A stretch of 64,000 nucleotides of DNA from an uncultured virus (IMG/VR IMGVR_UViG_3300032321_001739) (IMGVR_UViG_3300032321_001739); one strand, 5' to 3'; shown: positions 19,888 through 31,662, counted from the first letter of the stretch. A program made the numbers and translations. Notes: generated by a model not told the origin, from the sequence alone.

Positions 19888-20478
19888 ATGAAGTATATTG
19901 CTACTTACGAAAATTTTAACTATCAACCAACTAATGAAGAGTTCATTGGTCTGTTTAGTGCAAAAACTAGAAATGAGAAAATCAAACAAGGTTTTGAAAA
20001 CGCATCAAAAATAATTGAAGGTGATAAGGGTCTACAGGATAAAATAATGGCAGCCTACAACACACAAAAAGAAAAACCATCTACAGCTGAGATGAAAGAT
20101 GCTATTGATATAGTTAGTGGATCTGATGAAGCTCAAGTTCAAAGTTTAGAAAAAGAATTAAAAGCTGATCCTGTTACAAGTGGTGAAGCTCAAAATGAAT
20201 CAACTACTGAACCAAAAACTTTTATGCAGAAAGCGTTAGGAATTGTAAGTAAAATCTGGAAATTCGGAGTTAATTTAGTTCATTTTATGGGAGCTTTAGC
20301 AATGATTATTCTACCTTTCTCTAAAGAGTTAGGAGCTAAGGTAATCACTTCCGGTGAGGCAATGGGAAATACATCACTTTCTTGGTATGGATTTTTATTA
20401 ATGTTTGGTGGAATTCTTGCGATGATGGGTTTCATCTACAGAAGAGTATCAGCTGCAGAAGATAAAAGAAATTCTTAA
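19888..20478 (+). CDS. Putative internal head/ejected protein with two TM helices
   Basis: Starts MKYIATYENFNYQPTNEE; C-terminal hydrophobic pair; TAATATATA upstream. Confidence 0.55.
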   Translation: MKYIATYENFNYQPTNEEFIGLFSAKTRNEKIKQGFENASKIIEGDKGLQDKIMAAYNTQKEKPSTAEMKDAIDIVSGSDEAQVQSLEKELKADPVTSGEAQNESTTEPKTFMQKALGIVSKIWKFGVNLVHFMGALAMIILPFSKELGAKVITSGEAMGNTSLSWYGFLLMFGGILAMMGFIYRRVSAAEDKRNS

Positions 20479-20500
20479 AAAGTAAAAAAATTATATTCTT

Positions 20501-20534
20501 AAAAAGGAGAGACTTTTGTTTCTCCTTTTTTTTT
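20501..20534 (+). terminator. Intrinsic terminator
   Basis: AAAAAGGAGAGAC-tttt-GTTTCTCCTTTTTTTTT. Confidence 0.75.
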
Positions 20535-20641
20535 GAAAAAAATTTCAAAATTGACAAAACAAAAGTTTTTTTTCTGATATATACTAACAGTGTAAATTAT
20601 TTTTGAACAGATTCATTTCTGTATCAAAAAAAAAATTTCTT

Positions 20642-21478
20642 ATGAGAAACACAAAAACTTACAACGAGCTCGTACAAAAGATGCGAGCATTTTTTTTGCA
20701 AAAAGGATTCATCGAAGTCCCAACACAGTCAAGATTATCAATCTTAGCAGCATGTGAAAATCCACATTCAATTACAACATTCAATTACAGTGGTGAAATC
20801 TGGCCTCTTCCACAAACTGGACAAATGTGGCTCGAACATGAACTTTTACAAAACCCAGAATGGCCTGGTTGCTTTTGCATCTCAACTTCTTATAGACAAG
20901 AAAAAAATCCAATTCCAGGAAGGCACGAATTAATCTTCCCTATGTTCGAATTCGAATCAAAAGGTGGAATGAAAGAACTACTACAATTAGAATCAGAGTT
21001 ACTAAATCATTTAGGATTTGACCAACCAGTTGAAGTTAACTACAATGACGTATGTGAAGAATACGGTGGTGTTTCTATCTTAGAAGATGAACATGAACAA
21101 AAAATGTGGAAAGAAAAAAGTTCAGTTGTGTCACTTCAAAATTTCCCAAGAAGAACAAATCCATTCTGGAATATGCAACACAACAATGGTGAAATATTTA
21201 ATAAAGTAGATGTTATTCTTTACGGCCAAGAAACAATTGGTTCAGCTGAAAGAAGTTGTGATGTTGAAAAAATGAAAGATATGTTCTATACAATTGAAGA
21301 TGGTAAATACTCGGCTAAATTATTTGAATTGTTTGGTAAAGAAAGAGTAGAAGCTGAATTGGAAATTTTCTTACAGTATGATTTCTTTCCAAGATTTGGA
21401 GGAGGAATTGGAATGACAAGACTTGCTAGAGCTTATGAAATGATGATGAGTGAAAAGGAAGTTGAAGAACTGGTTTAA
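20642..21478 (+). CDS. Class IIb aminoacyl-tRNA synthetase-like catalytic domain lacking the anticodon-binding domain (AsnRS2/EpmA-like)
   Basis: Motif 1 GFIEVPT, motif 2 SYRQE...RH..F.MFEFE, motif 3 GGGIGMTR. Likely start ATG 20642. Confidence 0.8.
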   Translation: MRNTKTYNELVQKMRAFFLQKGFIEVPTQSRLSILAACENPHSITTFNYSGEIWPLPQTGQMWLEHELLQNPEWPGCFCISTSYRQEKNPIPGRHELIFPMFEFESKGGMKELLQLESELLNHLGFDQPVEVNYNDVCEEYGGVSILEDEHEQKMWKEKSSVVSLQNFPRRTNPFWNMQHNNGEIFNKVDVILYGQETIGSAERSCDVEKMKDMFYTIEDGKYSAKLFELFGKERVEAELEIFLQYDFFPRFGGGIGMTRLARAYEMMMSEKEVEELV

Positions 21479-21495
21479 TCATTAATTATTTATAG

Positions 21496-21525
21496 AAAGA
21501 GGAAGTTTACTTCCTCTTTTTTTTT
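21496..21525 (+). terminator. Intrinsic terminator
   Basis: AAAGAGGAAG-ttta-CTTCCTCTTT followed by a T run. Confidence 0.8.
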
Positions 21526-21536
21526 ATATATAAGTT

Positions 21537-22184
21537 ATGAAACATCTTAGAAAATTTTTTGAGTCAGTTGATATAACTAAAGAAGAAATTTTAGAAAACT
21601 TTCTTTACATAACTGATAAATTTGGTGATCCAGACGTTTACAATTCTCCATATGGTAAATCAAAAAAATGGACAATTTCTTGGAATATTAAACTAAATCT
21701 AAGTGTAATGCAAGAAGCTGAACAACTTATTAACAAATTAAAAGACTTAACAGAAGATATTGATGATGTATTAGCAGCTGGTGACAGATTAGAAGACTTT
21801 ACTATAAATATGAGTTTAACTAATACTCTTAAATTAGAATTAGTTCCAAAAGACACGGGTGAAGACACTTACAAATTTATTTCACATTTTGAGTGGAGAC
21901 AACTTTATGTTAGAATAAATGAAGTTGAAAGATTTTTCAATGCAAGAGGAATCAGAATTGAGAAGTATGATAATGAAAGTATGTATAGAGAAAATGATGA
22001 TAATAACGAACTATGGATTTATCTCAGTAAAGTTGATAGAGAAGTGATTGGAACTTTTTGTGATTTAGTAAATACTGAGTTACAAGAAATAGAAGATAGA
22101 CAGTATAGATGTAGTTATAGCGGAAACCAAATATATATTTCACCAGAAGAAGAAAAAGCTTTTGTTGAAGTAACAACTAAATAA
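21537..22184 (+). CDS. Putative internal head protein
   Basis: Starts MKHLRKFFES, directly after a TATATATA motif. Confidence 0.6.
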   Translation: MKHLRKFFESVDITKEEILENFLYITDKFGDPDVYNSPYGKSKKWTISWNIKLNLSVMQEAEQLINKLKDLTEDIDDVLAAGDRLEDFTINMSLTNTLKLELVPKDTGEDTYKFISHFEWRQLYVRINEVERFFNARGIRIEKYDNESMYRENDDNNELWIYLSKVDREVIGTFCDLVNTELQEIEDRQYRCSYSGNQIYISPEEEKAFVEVTTK

Positions 22185-22379
22185 TTACTTAACATAATTT
22201 TTTAAGATTTCAATAGTATCATTTTGATAACCATCAAATAAATTTTTTCTATCTAAAGTTGCACGACTAACACCTAACTGTTCATTTGAATAATATGAAT
22301 ACAGTTTTCCTAAATTAACAAAGACTTCAATTCTTCCTGTCAATTTCCATCGAATACATATAGCTGTTTGACTTCTCAT
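22185..22379 (-). CDS. Small hypothetical protein
   Basis: 64-aa ORF. Confidence 0.5.
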   Translation of the reverse strand: MRSQTAICIRWKLTGRIEVFVNLGKLYSYYSNEQLGVSRATLDRKNLFDGYQNDTIEILKNYVK

Positions 22380-22399
22380 ATTTTAAAAAAGGAAGAGAG

Positions 22400-23158
22400 T
22401 TAATCTCTCTCTTCCCATAATTCATTAACATTTAATAATCTATGTTTAATACCATCATAGTCCATAACATCAGTTTTGTGAAAGTGTCCGTAGTAATGAT
22501 GTGTGATATTATTATTCATTTTAAGAATAGTAAAAGCATCAGTAACTTGTTGTCTTTCTACAAGTAAATCTGTTTTTAATTCGGTATCTCCGGTTTCTCT
22601 AACAATTCCTTCAACAAAAGGACCAAATCCAAAAGTATTATCTGGCTCACAATAGTGAGGTGCGGTATGAGTTGCGACAATATCTATGTCTTTCATTTGA
22701 CCTAACTTATCTCTATCTAAAACAAATGTTTCATCTGGCCACCAGCTTTCTTTACCTAAAGTTTGATTTTCAAAGATACCTTGTTTTTGTAATTTAGTAT
22801 AACGCCAATTTCTATCTACACTGACTGCTCCACCAATACAAAGAATACGTTTATCACAAAGTTCTAAAACAGTATAGTCTGGAATTAAATGTATATTACT
22901 TAAACCAAAAGGATCATTATCAAAGTGAGGTTTGTAGTCATGGTTTCCACGAATAGCCCAAACATGAACATTATTTTTGACCAAAATTGGATTATACATT
23001 TCAAGCATTCGTTTTTCCTTTTCTATAGTATTGAATCCGACACCAAAATCCCCAATTTGAATTATATGAGCGTTAGTAATACCATACAATTTTACATATT
23101 GATGTATGATACTAAAACTACCGTGAATGTCACCGAGAAACATTAATCTTGTTTTCAT
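22400..23158 (-). CDS. Calcineurin-like metallophosphoesterase
   Basis: GDIHG, GDFG, GNHD, TH and GHFH motifs. Likely start MKTRL at 23158. Confidence 0.9.
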   Translation of the reverse strand: MKTRLMFLGDIHGSFSIIHQYVKLYGITNAHIIQIGDFGVGFNTIEKEKRMLEMYNPILVKNNVHVWAIRGNHDYKPHFDNDPFGLSNIHLIPDYTVLELCDKRILCIGGAVSVDRNWRYTKLQKQGIFENQTLGKESWWPDETFVLDRDKLGQMKDIDIVATHTAPHYCEPDNTFGFGPFVEGIVRETGDTELKTDLLVERQQVTDAFTILKMNNNITHHYYGHFHKTDVMDYDGIKHRLLNVNELWEERD

Positions 23159-23288
23159 AATATACAAATTTAAAAAAAAAATTCAGAACTGCAAAAATTA
23201 TTATAGTTATATCATGATGTTACATGAATTATTGTTAATTATTGAACAAATTTACTAAATGTTATATAATTTTTTATATATAAGTTAT

Positions 23289-23855
23289 ATGAAAAATATT
23301 AAAAACTTCCAATCTTTCAATGAAGGTTTCGGAAGACTATCTGATTACATAAATCGACTCTTAAAAAAAGGAGGTGATTTTGCATCTGAAGTTTGGCAAG
23401 TTACAAAAAGAGAAAGTCAGGAGACAAAGATAGCAGTTGAGATTTTGGGTAGGATGTTGAAAGGTGAAAAAGTTTCAGATAAAGAAAAGTATTTTGTAAA
23501 AAAACAATCAGGTGATTTAGCTAGAATACTTCCACTTGTTGCAATTTCTGGACTTCCTATACCTATTCCTATAACACCTTTACTTGTTGTCTTAGGTAAA
23601 AAATATGGTTTTGATTTTCTTCCAAAAGACCATAGAGCAATACTTGAAAATCAAATTGATTTGCCTGAAAATGTAAAATCACAATTAGATGGCTTACCTG
23701 AAACAGGAATGGGATTTCATATAGTAGATATTTTGCTTAAAAATGATAGGGTATTGAAAAATAGAACTATTATAAATTCATCAAAATTAATACTTAATCC
23801 AGATGAAGATATTAACCCAGAAGATATAGTAGAAATATTTGCGACTACAGAATAG
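23289..23855 (+). CDS. Putative internal head protein with hydrophobic Pro-rich segment
   Basis: Likely start MKNIKNFQSFNE at 23289, after TATATA. Confidence 0.55.
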   Translation: MKNIKNFQSFNEGFGRLSDYINRLLKKGGDFASEVWQVTKRESQETKIAVEILGRMLKGEKVSDKEKYFVKKQSGDLARILPLVAISGLPIPIPITPLLVVLGKKYGFDFLPKDHRAILENQIDLPENVKSQLDGLPETGMGFHIVDILLKNDRVLKNRTIINSSKLILNPDEDINPEDIVEIFATTE

Positions 23856-24378
23856 TAGAAATCACTTTAGGAAAGTATTTCATTTCTAATTCTTTAATTT
23901 TATTTTGTAAAGTTTCAGCAGTTTCATTTTTATCCACAACACATTTGTATTGAGAAATTATTTCTCCTTTATCATACTCACTATTAACCCAATGAATTGT
24001 AATACCACTTTCAGATTCACCAGACTCAATTACTTTCTTATGAACATTTAATCCCCACATACCTTTACCACCAAACTTTGGAAGTAAAGAAGGATGTATA
24101 TTGATTGTTTTAAATTCATTTAAGAACTCAGTTGGAACCATTTTTAAAAATCCCGCCAATATAACTAAATCAGGGTTATAACCTTTTATAATTGGTATAA
24201 TAGATTTCCAATTAGTTAGAATCACATGGTCAATTTTATTATCTTTAGCCACAGTTGTAGCACCACATAAAGCATCAGTTATAATAAGATTAACATTAAC
24301 ATCACTTTCTTTAAAGAAGTTTATTATGTTTTGAGCATTGGATCCTTTACCAGATGCCATTATACAAATATTACTCAT
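23845..24378 (-). CDS. purN: Phosphoribosylglycinamide formyltransferase
   Basis: ASGKGSNA, LAGFL, NIHPSLLPKFGG, SGITIH and YDKG motifs. Confidence 0.92.
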   Translation of the reverse strand: MSNICIMASGKGSNAQNIINFFKESDVNVNLIITDALCGATTVAKDNKIDHVILTNWKSIIPIIKGYNPDLVILAGFLKMVPTEFLNEFKTINIHPSLLPKFGGKGMWGLNVHKKVIESGESESGITIHWVNSEYDKGEIISQYKCVVDKNETAETLQNKIKELEMKYFPKVISTIL

Positions 24379-24592
24379 TTACAATTTCAAATCTGCTTGT
24401 GTTTGTTATGATACCTTTCATTTCTACTTTATCATTCCAACTATCCAAAGGTCTTGAATAATAAGATCCAAAATGTAAAGATTTATAATTTACCAAAACT
24501 TCATCAGTCTCTGTGTGTTTTGATAGAAATAAGACTTCATAAAGTCCTCCTTTATAATGTTTGTATTTTTTTCCTGGCTCTGGGTAATTCAT
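24371..24592 (-). CDS. DUF1653-like protein
   Basis: YKHYKGGLYEV...HTET.E.LV.Y...RP..RF. Confidence 0.8.
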   Translation of the reverse strand: MNYPEPGKKYKHYKGGLYEVLFLSKHTETDEVLVNYKSLHFGSYYSRPLDSWNDKVEMKGIITNTSRFEIVNE

Positions 24593-24598
24593 ATTTAA

Positions 24599-25030
24599 TT
24601 ATTTACTCATTAAGTATTCAACAACTTGTGACCAAGTTTTAAATTTATCATCTTTACCAAAATGAATGTGTTCTCCTTCAAATTCGGTTTGACCATGTCT
24701 GTGATCATCATCAATTAAATAATCACCTTTCACTAAAGATTTATCAGGACAAAGAATCATTCTTTCAAGCATTTCTTCACCTAAGTATTTCTTAATCCAT
24801 TCGGCTTTTTCGCTGTAACAATGTATATTTTTAATTGATGGTCTAGTTAAAATATAAACTTTATATTTTGTTTGTAGAGTTTTCATTCCATCAATTGCTC
24901 CTTCCAATGGATCTAAGTCTAAGAAGAAACCTACTTTTGAGTGTGGATATTTTAATTTATATTCTCCTGATTTGAATGGACCTGTGAAATCACAAAGAGT
25001 ATCGTCCATATCTACATATACTTTTTTCAT
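24599..25030 (-). CDS. 5'(3')-deoxyribonucleotidase (NT5C, HAD family)
   Basis: DMDDTLCDF, K..W, DKSL..GDYLIDD. Likely start 25030. Confidence 0.85.
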   Translation of the reverse strand: MKKVYVDMDDTLCDFTGPFKSGEYKLKYPHSKVGFFLDLDPLEGAIDGMKTLQTKYKVYILTRPSIKNIHCYSEKAEWIKKYLGEEMLERMILCPDKSLVKGDYLIDDDHRHGQTEFEGEHIHFGKDDKFKTWSQVVEYLMSK

Positions 25031-25045
25031 AATACAAATATACAA

Positions 25046-25240
25046 TTATTTAATGATATTATTAATCTTTTCAATCCTATTTTCAGAAATCCAATCATAA
25101 TACTTTCCTACTTCTATTACTTCACCAAATCCATCTTCAAATTTAACCTCAATCATTTTACCGATTAAACGATATGATTTGATAGTTGGTTTGTGACTCC
25201 ACCTACTTTGTATAAATTCATTGAGTGAATCCAATTCCAT
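25046..25240 (-). CDS. Small protein with C-terminal tag
   Basis: Ends NRIEKINNIIK. Confidence 0.6.
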   Translation of the reverse strand: MELDSLNEFIQSRWSHKPTIKSYRLIGKMIEVKFEDGFGEVIEVGKYYDWISENRIEKINNIIK

Positions 25241-25577
25241 TATCTCATTATTTTATTTAATTTGACATCTCTATCTCTTCTTAGTATCTCATTATCAAAA
25301 GGTATCCAATTCTCATCAAAGTTATACTTATAAATTTTATCATCATCTTGCCAAATCATATAAGAAGAAAATTTAACTTGATTACCAAGATAATCTATAC
25401 CTGTAAATGCTTCTTTGTGAAGACTTTTTCCAAATCCGTCTCTTTTAAGTTCGATTTCTGATATTATATCTAATAGTTGATTAAAATCTATATCAATTTC
25501 TAAAATCTCTTCTCCGGTGTCCCATATATAATCATCGGATTTTATAAATTTAACTTTTATTATTTTTTCTATTTCCA

Positions 25578-25578
<1 letters not shown>
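25240..25578 (-). CDS. Hypothetical protein with C-terminal tag
   Basis: Ends RDVKLNKIMR. Confidence 0.65.
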
Positions 25579-26864
<1,286 letters not shown>

Positions 26865-26879
26865 TTATTTGATTATTTT

Positions 26880-27386
26880 TTAATTTGTCGAGTCATCTAA
26901 TAATTGATCTAAATTGTTATCACGAATAATTCCAGATTCCTTCATAACTTTATCCCAAATATCTGTGAAGTTTTCTTTATTAATCTCCATAACTCTTTTA
27001 CTAACTATATCAATTAATTCATTAAACATACCAATGTCTTCGTAGTTAGACCGTTTTTGATAAGATAAATTAATACTAAATCCTTCGTCTTTAATTACAT
27101 GAATATCTAAATAATTATCATCATTATAAAGAGTATTTTTAGAAGCTCTTTTTTTTATACTTGTAATATCAGGAGTTGAAATATTGAATGATTCCGATGA
27201 GAAATTAATATTCACATTATCGTTATAGTCAATTAATTTTAAGATTAAATTTTTAGTTTTTTCAGAAACATCACTATCATAAGGAACATAATCCACTCTT
27301 TCGCGAATTGGTGCGTCCATTTTTTGTAAAGAATTTACCTCAGTAAAAATAAGTTTTGCAATTTTTTTAAGTTTTTTCTTTTTCAT
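26880..27386 (-). CDS. Hypothetical protein with C-terminal tag
   Basis: Ends IIRDNNLDQLLDDSTN. Likely start MKKKK at 27386. Confidence 0.6.
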   Translation of the reverse strand: MKKKKLKKIAKLIFTEVNSLQKMDAPIRERVDYVPYDSDVSEKTKNLILKLIDYNDNVNINFSSESFNISTPDITSIKKRASKNTLYNDDNYLDIHVIKDEGFSINLSYQKRSNYEDIGMFNELIDIVSKRVMEINKENFTDIWDKVMKESGIIRDNNLDQLLDDSTN

Positions 27387-27457
27387 ACAAATAATTCTAT
27401 GTTTTATAAAACTATTTGTTTTAAGAAAATTGGATAACACTTTTAATATATACTTTT

Positions 27458-28450
27458 ATGATTAGTAAATACAATGAATTTCTACTAGAAAAAGAATTTA
27501 ATGAAATCTTAAACGACATCTTTTTAATCATTGAGTCGGAAGGAGTTTGGACTAGCCCAAATACAATTGAGTGGGATATGACAAAGAAACCGGATGAAAA
27601 GAAACCGGACTTAATTGATAGAGGGTTAGATAAACTAAAGAGCTTCATATCTAAATTAGATAAAGACCAAATTAAAGATTACTATATTAGATTGATAAAC
27701 AAATTGAAGCCTTTGCCGGAAAAAATGAGAAAGTTTTTGATTACTCATTATACCAGTGTTTTCTTAACTGCAGTATCACTTACATATTTAGTGGGTGGTC
27801 AAAATGAGACCACAAAATCAGATGAAACACAACCGGTTAAAACCGAAACAATAGATCCAAAAATTAAAAAAGAAATCGTTGAATTACATAAAGTAGCTTC
27901 TTTTGAAGAAGCTCAATCTGCTGTTAAAGAAGTAGAAGCTGGATATTCAGATGATAGAGGTGATACTGGAAACTGGGTTGAGGTTCCGGGTTACGGTAAA
28001 AGATTTGTTGGAACAAATCATGGAATTTCTGCTCCAATTTTACAAAAGTATTTAGGTAGAATTCCAAAAAGAGAAGATATGGAAAACCTTTCTTATCAAA
28101 CAGCTATTGAGATTTATAAAAAAGATTATTGGGATGCTCAAAATCTGTCAACTCTTTGTGACCAATCAGTTGCTAATGTTATCTATGATGGATGTGTAAA
28201 TCAGGGTATTGATGGTATGTCGGAAGTTATAAGAAATGCTGCTAAAGAACAAGATATAAATTTAACAGGCTCTGTCTATTCCAAATCTAATCTAAGAAGA
28301 CTTAACTCACTAAATCAAAAGGAACTATTCAATTCAATTAAAAAGTTCAGAGAATCAAGATATAAACAAGCAGCAACTTGGAATAGACATGGTGAAGGTT
28401 GGTTGAATAGATTAAATGGAATTGAATATCAAACTGTAAATCAAGCATGA
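27458..28450 (+). CDS. GH108 lysozyme with N-terminal head-targeting-like extension
   Basis: EAGYSDDRGD.G...GTNHGI...IYKKDYWD...GWLNRL; starts MISKYNEFLLE. Confidence 0.75.
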   Translation: MISKYNEFLLEKEFNEILNDIFLIIESEGVWTSPNTIEWDMTKKPDEKKPDLIDRGLDKLKSFISKLDKDQIKDYYIRLINKLKPLPEKMRKFLITHYTSVFLTAVSLTYLVGGQNETTKSDETQPVKTETIDPKIKKEIVELHKVASFEEAQSAVKEVEAGYSDDRGDTGNWVEVPGYGKRFVGTNHGISAPILQKYLGRIPKREDMENLSYQTAIEIYKKDYWDAQNLSTLCDQSVANVIYDGCVNQGIDGMSEVIRNAAKEQDINLTGSVYSKSNLRRLNSLNQKELFNSIKKFRESRYKQAATWNRHGEGWLNRLNGIEYQTVNQA

Positions 28451-28992
28451 GGCACCTAAAAACATATATAGAATTAAAAGAAACTATTAAAGTTCCAATT
28501 GAAATAGGAGATACCGTTTTAGGTGGAAGATTTAAAAATAAGAAAATAGTAGTGAAGAAAATTGGAAAAAATAAAAAAGGTGACATCACAATAAATGATA
28601 AACCTCTTCTTAAATTTAGATTAGTTAAAGAAAACCTACAAGAAGATGTTGATTATTATTTTAGACATTTAGAAGATGATAACTTTGTAATACAAACAGA
28701 AAATGATTATTTCAGAATTTTTAAACCAATCAATCAATCTAATGATAGAGGTAGTTTAGTATATTCTTACTCAAATTGTAATCCATTTCAATGGTCTGAA
28801 ATAGCCGGTGAAATATCAAGATATGTAATTGAGTTAGATGATAGTGAAAATAGTGAAAAGTCAATTGAATATGCTTACGTCGTTAAAAAAGAAGGTGGTA
28901 TTAGTAATAGAAAACAAATACACACACAAATGTTATTAGATGATACATTCGATTGTGGTGAAATTTTATCATTCACAATAGGATTCAGATAA
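28447..28992 (+). CDS. Putative internal head protein
   Basis: Starts MRHLKTYIELKE; ATGA overlap with the previous gene. Confidence 0.55.
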   Translation: MRHLKTYIELKETIKVPIEIGDTVLGGRFKNKKIVVKKIGKNKKGDITINDKPLLKFRLVKENLQEDVDYYFRHLEDDNFVIQTENDYFRIFKPINQSNDRGSLVYSYSNCNPFQWSEIAGEISRYVIELDDSENSEKSIEYAYVVKKEGGISNRKQIHTQMLLDDTFDCGEILSFTIGFR

Positions 28993-29035
28993 ACTTTTTT
29001 TTATAATTAAATATAATATACAAATTAGTCAGTAT

Positions 29036-29260
29036 ATGGAAAATAATAAACCTGTTAAGAAAACTAGAAGAAAGAAAAAGAAAACAGTCAAAAGAGACTG
29101 GAAAACTCTTCGATTTATGTGTATAAATGAAGAAGACAAGTTTGAAATTATTGAATTCCCTTCAGTTCTTGGAAAGAATTACATTGAAACTTTTGGTCTT
29201 CTAACTGTTAGAACGAAACAAGAGATTAAAAACTGGCTAACTCATAACAATGTATTTTAG
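29036..29260 (+). CDS. Small basic hypothetical protein
   Basis: 74-aa ORF. Confidence 0.5.
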   Translation: MENNKPVKKTRRKKKKTVKRDWKTLRFMCINEEDKFEIIEFPSVLGKNYIETFGLLTVRTKQEIKNWLTHNNVF

Positions 29261-29696
29261 AATTTGTTTAGGATCTGACCACGCTGGATTTGAAATAAAA
29301 GATTATATTAAATCTTATCTTCAAAATCAAACCGAACACAAATTAGATATAAACGATTTAGGTTGTTACTCCGAAGAACGAGTTGATTATCCAGATTTTG
29401 CACATAAAGTCGCAAGTCAAATTTCCGAAGGAAAAGCAGATTTAGGTATTTTAGTTTGTGGTTCTGGAAATGGAATTTCAATGGCTGCTAATAAATGGGA
29501 AGATATTAGATGTGCTCTTTGTTGGAATTCTGAAATCACTGAAATGGCAAGACTTCATAACGATGCCAACATACTTTCACTTCCTGGAAGATATATAACA
29601 AAAAAAGAAGCTATCGAATTTGTTGAGATATTTTTAAACACTGGGTTTGAAGGAGGACGACATTCAGATAGAATATCTAAGATAAAAAAATCTTAA
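29250..29696 (+). CDS. rpiB: Ribose-5-phosphate isomerase B
   Basis: GSDHAG, VDYPD, CGSGNG.SMAANK, RLHNDAN and FEGGRH motifs. Confidence 0.95.
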   Translation: MYFRICLGSDHAGFEIKDYIKSYLQNQTEHKLDINDLGCYSEERVDYPDFAHKVASQISEGKADLGILVCGSGNGISMAANKWEDIRCALCWNSEITEMARLHNDANILSLPGRYITKKEAIEFVEIFLNTGFEGGRHSDRISKIKKS

Positions 29697-29814
29697 AATT
29701 TTTTTTGACCCGAAACGCCTAATTTATAAAGATTTTAATTTTTTTGATGATAATTTCATAACTTTTTAGTAATTTTGATTTAATAAATAACTTACAAAAA
29801 AATATCTAACACCT

Positions 29815-30039
29815 ATGAGAACTTGTCCTACTTTAATTAGAGAAAACGCGATTAAACAACTTAAAGGAAATCAACCTTGTGAAAAATCAAAACCGGTAGT
29901 AGATAAGTTTTTTTGGTATTTAGATTGTTATTGCGCTGAACTAAAACAAACAGAGGATGACGTTCTTTATAATGATGAGCATTATGAAATGGTTTGGGGT
30001 CTTTTTTCAAATGTAGTTCTTAAAGAAAAAGTTGGTTAA
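29815..30039 (+). CDS. Small hypothetical protein
   Basis: 74-aa ORF. Confidence 0.5.
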   Translation: MRTCPTLIRENAIKQLKGNQPCEKSKPVVDKFFWYLDCYCAELKQTEDDVLYNDEHYEMVWGLFSNVVLKEKVG

Positions 30040-31022
30040 TCCTCTTTATCTTTCTTTTTTAATTCTTCTTTGACTTTTTTGAAAACCGTGTTGTAGTCAA
30101 ATTTTACTATGATAACTTTTGATCCAAGAAACTTTTTTGCCTTGTTAATTTGCCAATCCTCTTTAGAAAGAAAACTCACAATATCCGATTCTTTTAATTC
30201 TCTAAACTCGGCTTTATATCCATATTTTCCACAATTCCAATAACCTTCATTATTAAAAGTGTCTAAGACCGAATTAATTGCTTTGTCGAGTGTTTCGGAA
30301 TTAGTGTTATAAACACCTTTTGTTACCGAGTTCCAATCAAAGAACTGAATTGCTAAACCACCTACTATACTTCCCAAAGTACCATGAAAGAATGATTCTC
30401 TGAATTTTTTAGTATAAAACTTATTACTCGAAGAGAATCTATTAAAAGCATTCCAGACTTGTCCGTTTATTTTAGAATTGACCTTGTTATTTAATTCATC
30501 ATCTAACTTTTTATTAATGAAATCACTAGTAACATCAGAAGAAGCAACAAGCCAAACTGAATATCCATCTTCTTCAATTGTTAAATTATGATAAGCTTTA
30601 TCAAAATGAGCACAAAAAGAAGCTATTTCTTCGTATATTCTAAGTAATTCTTCAACATCATTGTCTAAATAATAATGATTGGTTCTACTCGAATATCCAC
30701 CAGTTGAAACTTCTTTATGTATTTTATTAGATTCTTTTTTCTTAAATAGTTTAATTTCATAGATAGCATTCTTAGCCAATTCTATATTAGATTTATGTTC
30801 CCAGTTGTTATAGCGGTGACCACTTTCACCTTTTACTTCTCTACCTTTTTCATCTGCTAAATATCTTTTTTGAGATTTTTCATCTATCTCAAATCCAATA
30901 TCAGTTAAATAAAGAAGTGACTCATAAATATCATTCCAAGAATACTCAAATCCTTCAGGAACTTCAGCATTCTCATCATCTTCTACGTCTTCAAATATTT
31001 TAAATCTTTTTATATGTTTCAT
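30036..31022 (-). CDS. Putative internal head protein
   Basis: Starts MKHIKRFKIFE. Confidence 0.6.
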   Translation of the reverse strand: MKHIKRFKIFEDVEDDENAEVPEGFEYSWNDIYESLLYLTDIGFEIDEKSQKRYLADEKGREVKGESGHRYNNWEHKSNIELAKNAIYEIKLFKKKESNKIHKEVSTGGYSSRTNHYYLDNDVEELLRIYEEIASFCAHFDKAYHNLTIEEDGYSVWLVASSDVTSDFINKKLDDELNNKVNSKINGQVWNAFNRFSSSNKFYTKKFRESFFHGTLGSIVGGLAIQFFDWNSVTKGVYNTNSETLDKAINSVLDTFNNEGYWNCGKYGYKAEFRELKESDIVSFLSKEDWQINKAKKFLGSKVIIVKFDYNTVFKKVKEELKKKDKED

Positions 31023-31609
31023 TTTGTGAATTTTATTCTTATTGCTTCATTTTCAGACATAATCATATCATTGTATAAATCTTCAACTTCTATATCAGAA
31101 TAATCATCTTCTCCTGGATCAGATGAATATTCTGTGCAAAAAAGTATATTGTGATGATATCCTTCACTTTCCATAAAATCAATAGATCTTCTTATACAAT
31201 CTATAAAGTCTTCAGGAATTTCTTTCTGTTGATATCCATATTCCTCTAAACCTTCTTCACCTCTATTAAGATATGGCTCTGAATCACCAAATGAAATATA
31301 AATCTCATAGTCTGTTCCTGTTACTTTTCCCGGAGTGGAATACACCGAAACATCAGCATACCAATCACTAACATCAGATAATTCTAAGAATATATCATTA
31401 AGTGTTGATTCAATCAAATCATTATTAACTGACTCGTTCTTGTATTTACCACCTCTTCGTTTTCTTTTACAATATTGCTTTTGTGAAAAACCTTTTGGGT
31501 TTGAACAATTAATTTTCTTTTTATATTTAACGGACCATCGGTTTTTTCCACCAGAGCGAGGTTTGTTATAACCTTCATTGAAACTTTCCCATCCTAAAAT
31601 AATTTTCAT
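31019..31609 (-). CDS. Putative internal head protein with WSxKYKKxINCxNPKGFSQxxxC motif
   Basis: Starts MKIILGWESFNE; TAATATATA directly upstream. Confidence 0.6.
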   Translation of the reverse strand: MKIILGWESFNEGYNKPRSGGKNRWSVKYKKKINCSNPKGFSQKQYCKRKRRGGKYKNESVNNDLIESTLNDIFLELSDVSDWYADVSVYSTPGKVTGTDYEIYISFGDSEPYLNRGEEGLEEYGYQQKEIPEDFIDCIRRSIDFMESEGYHHNILFCTEYSSDPGEDDYSDIEVEDLYNDMIMSENEAIRIKFTK

Positions 31610-31662
31610 AAAGTATATATTAATTATATTTTTTTATTTATCTTTACCTAAAATTTATATTT

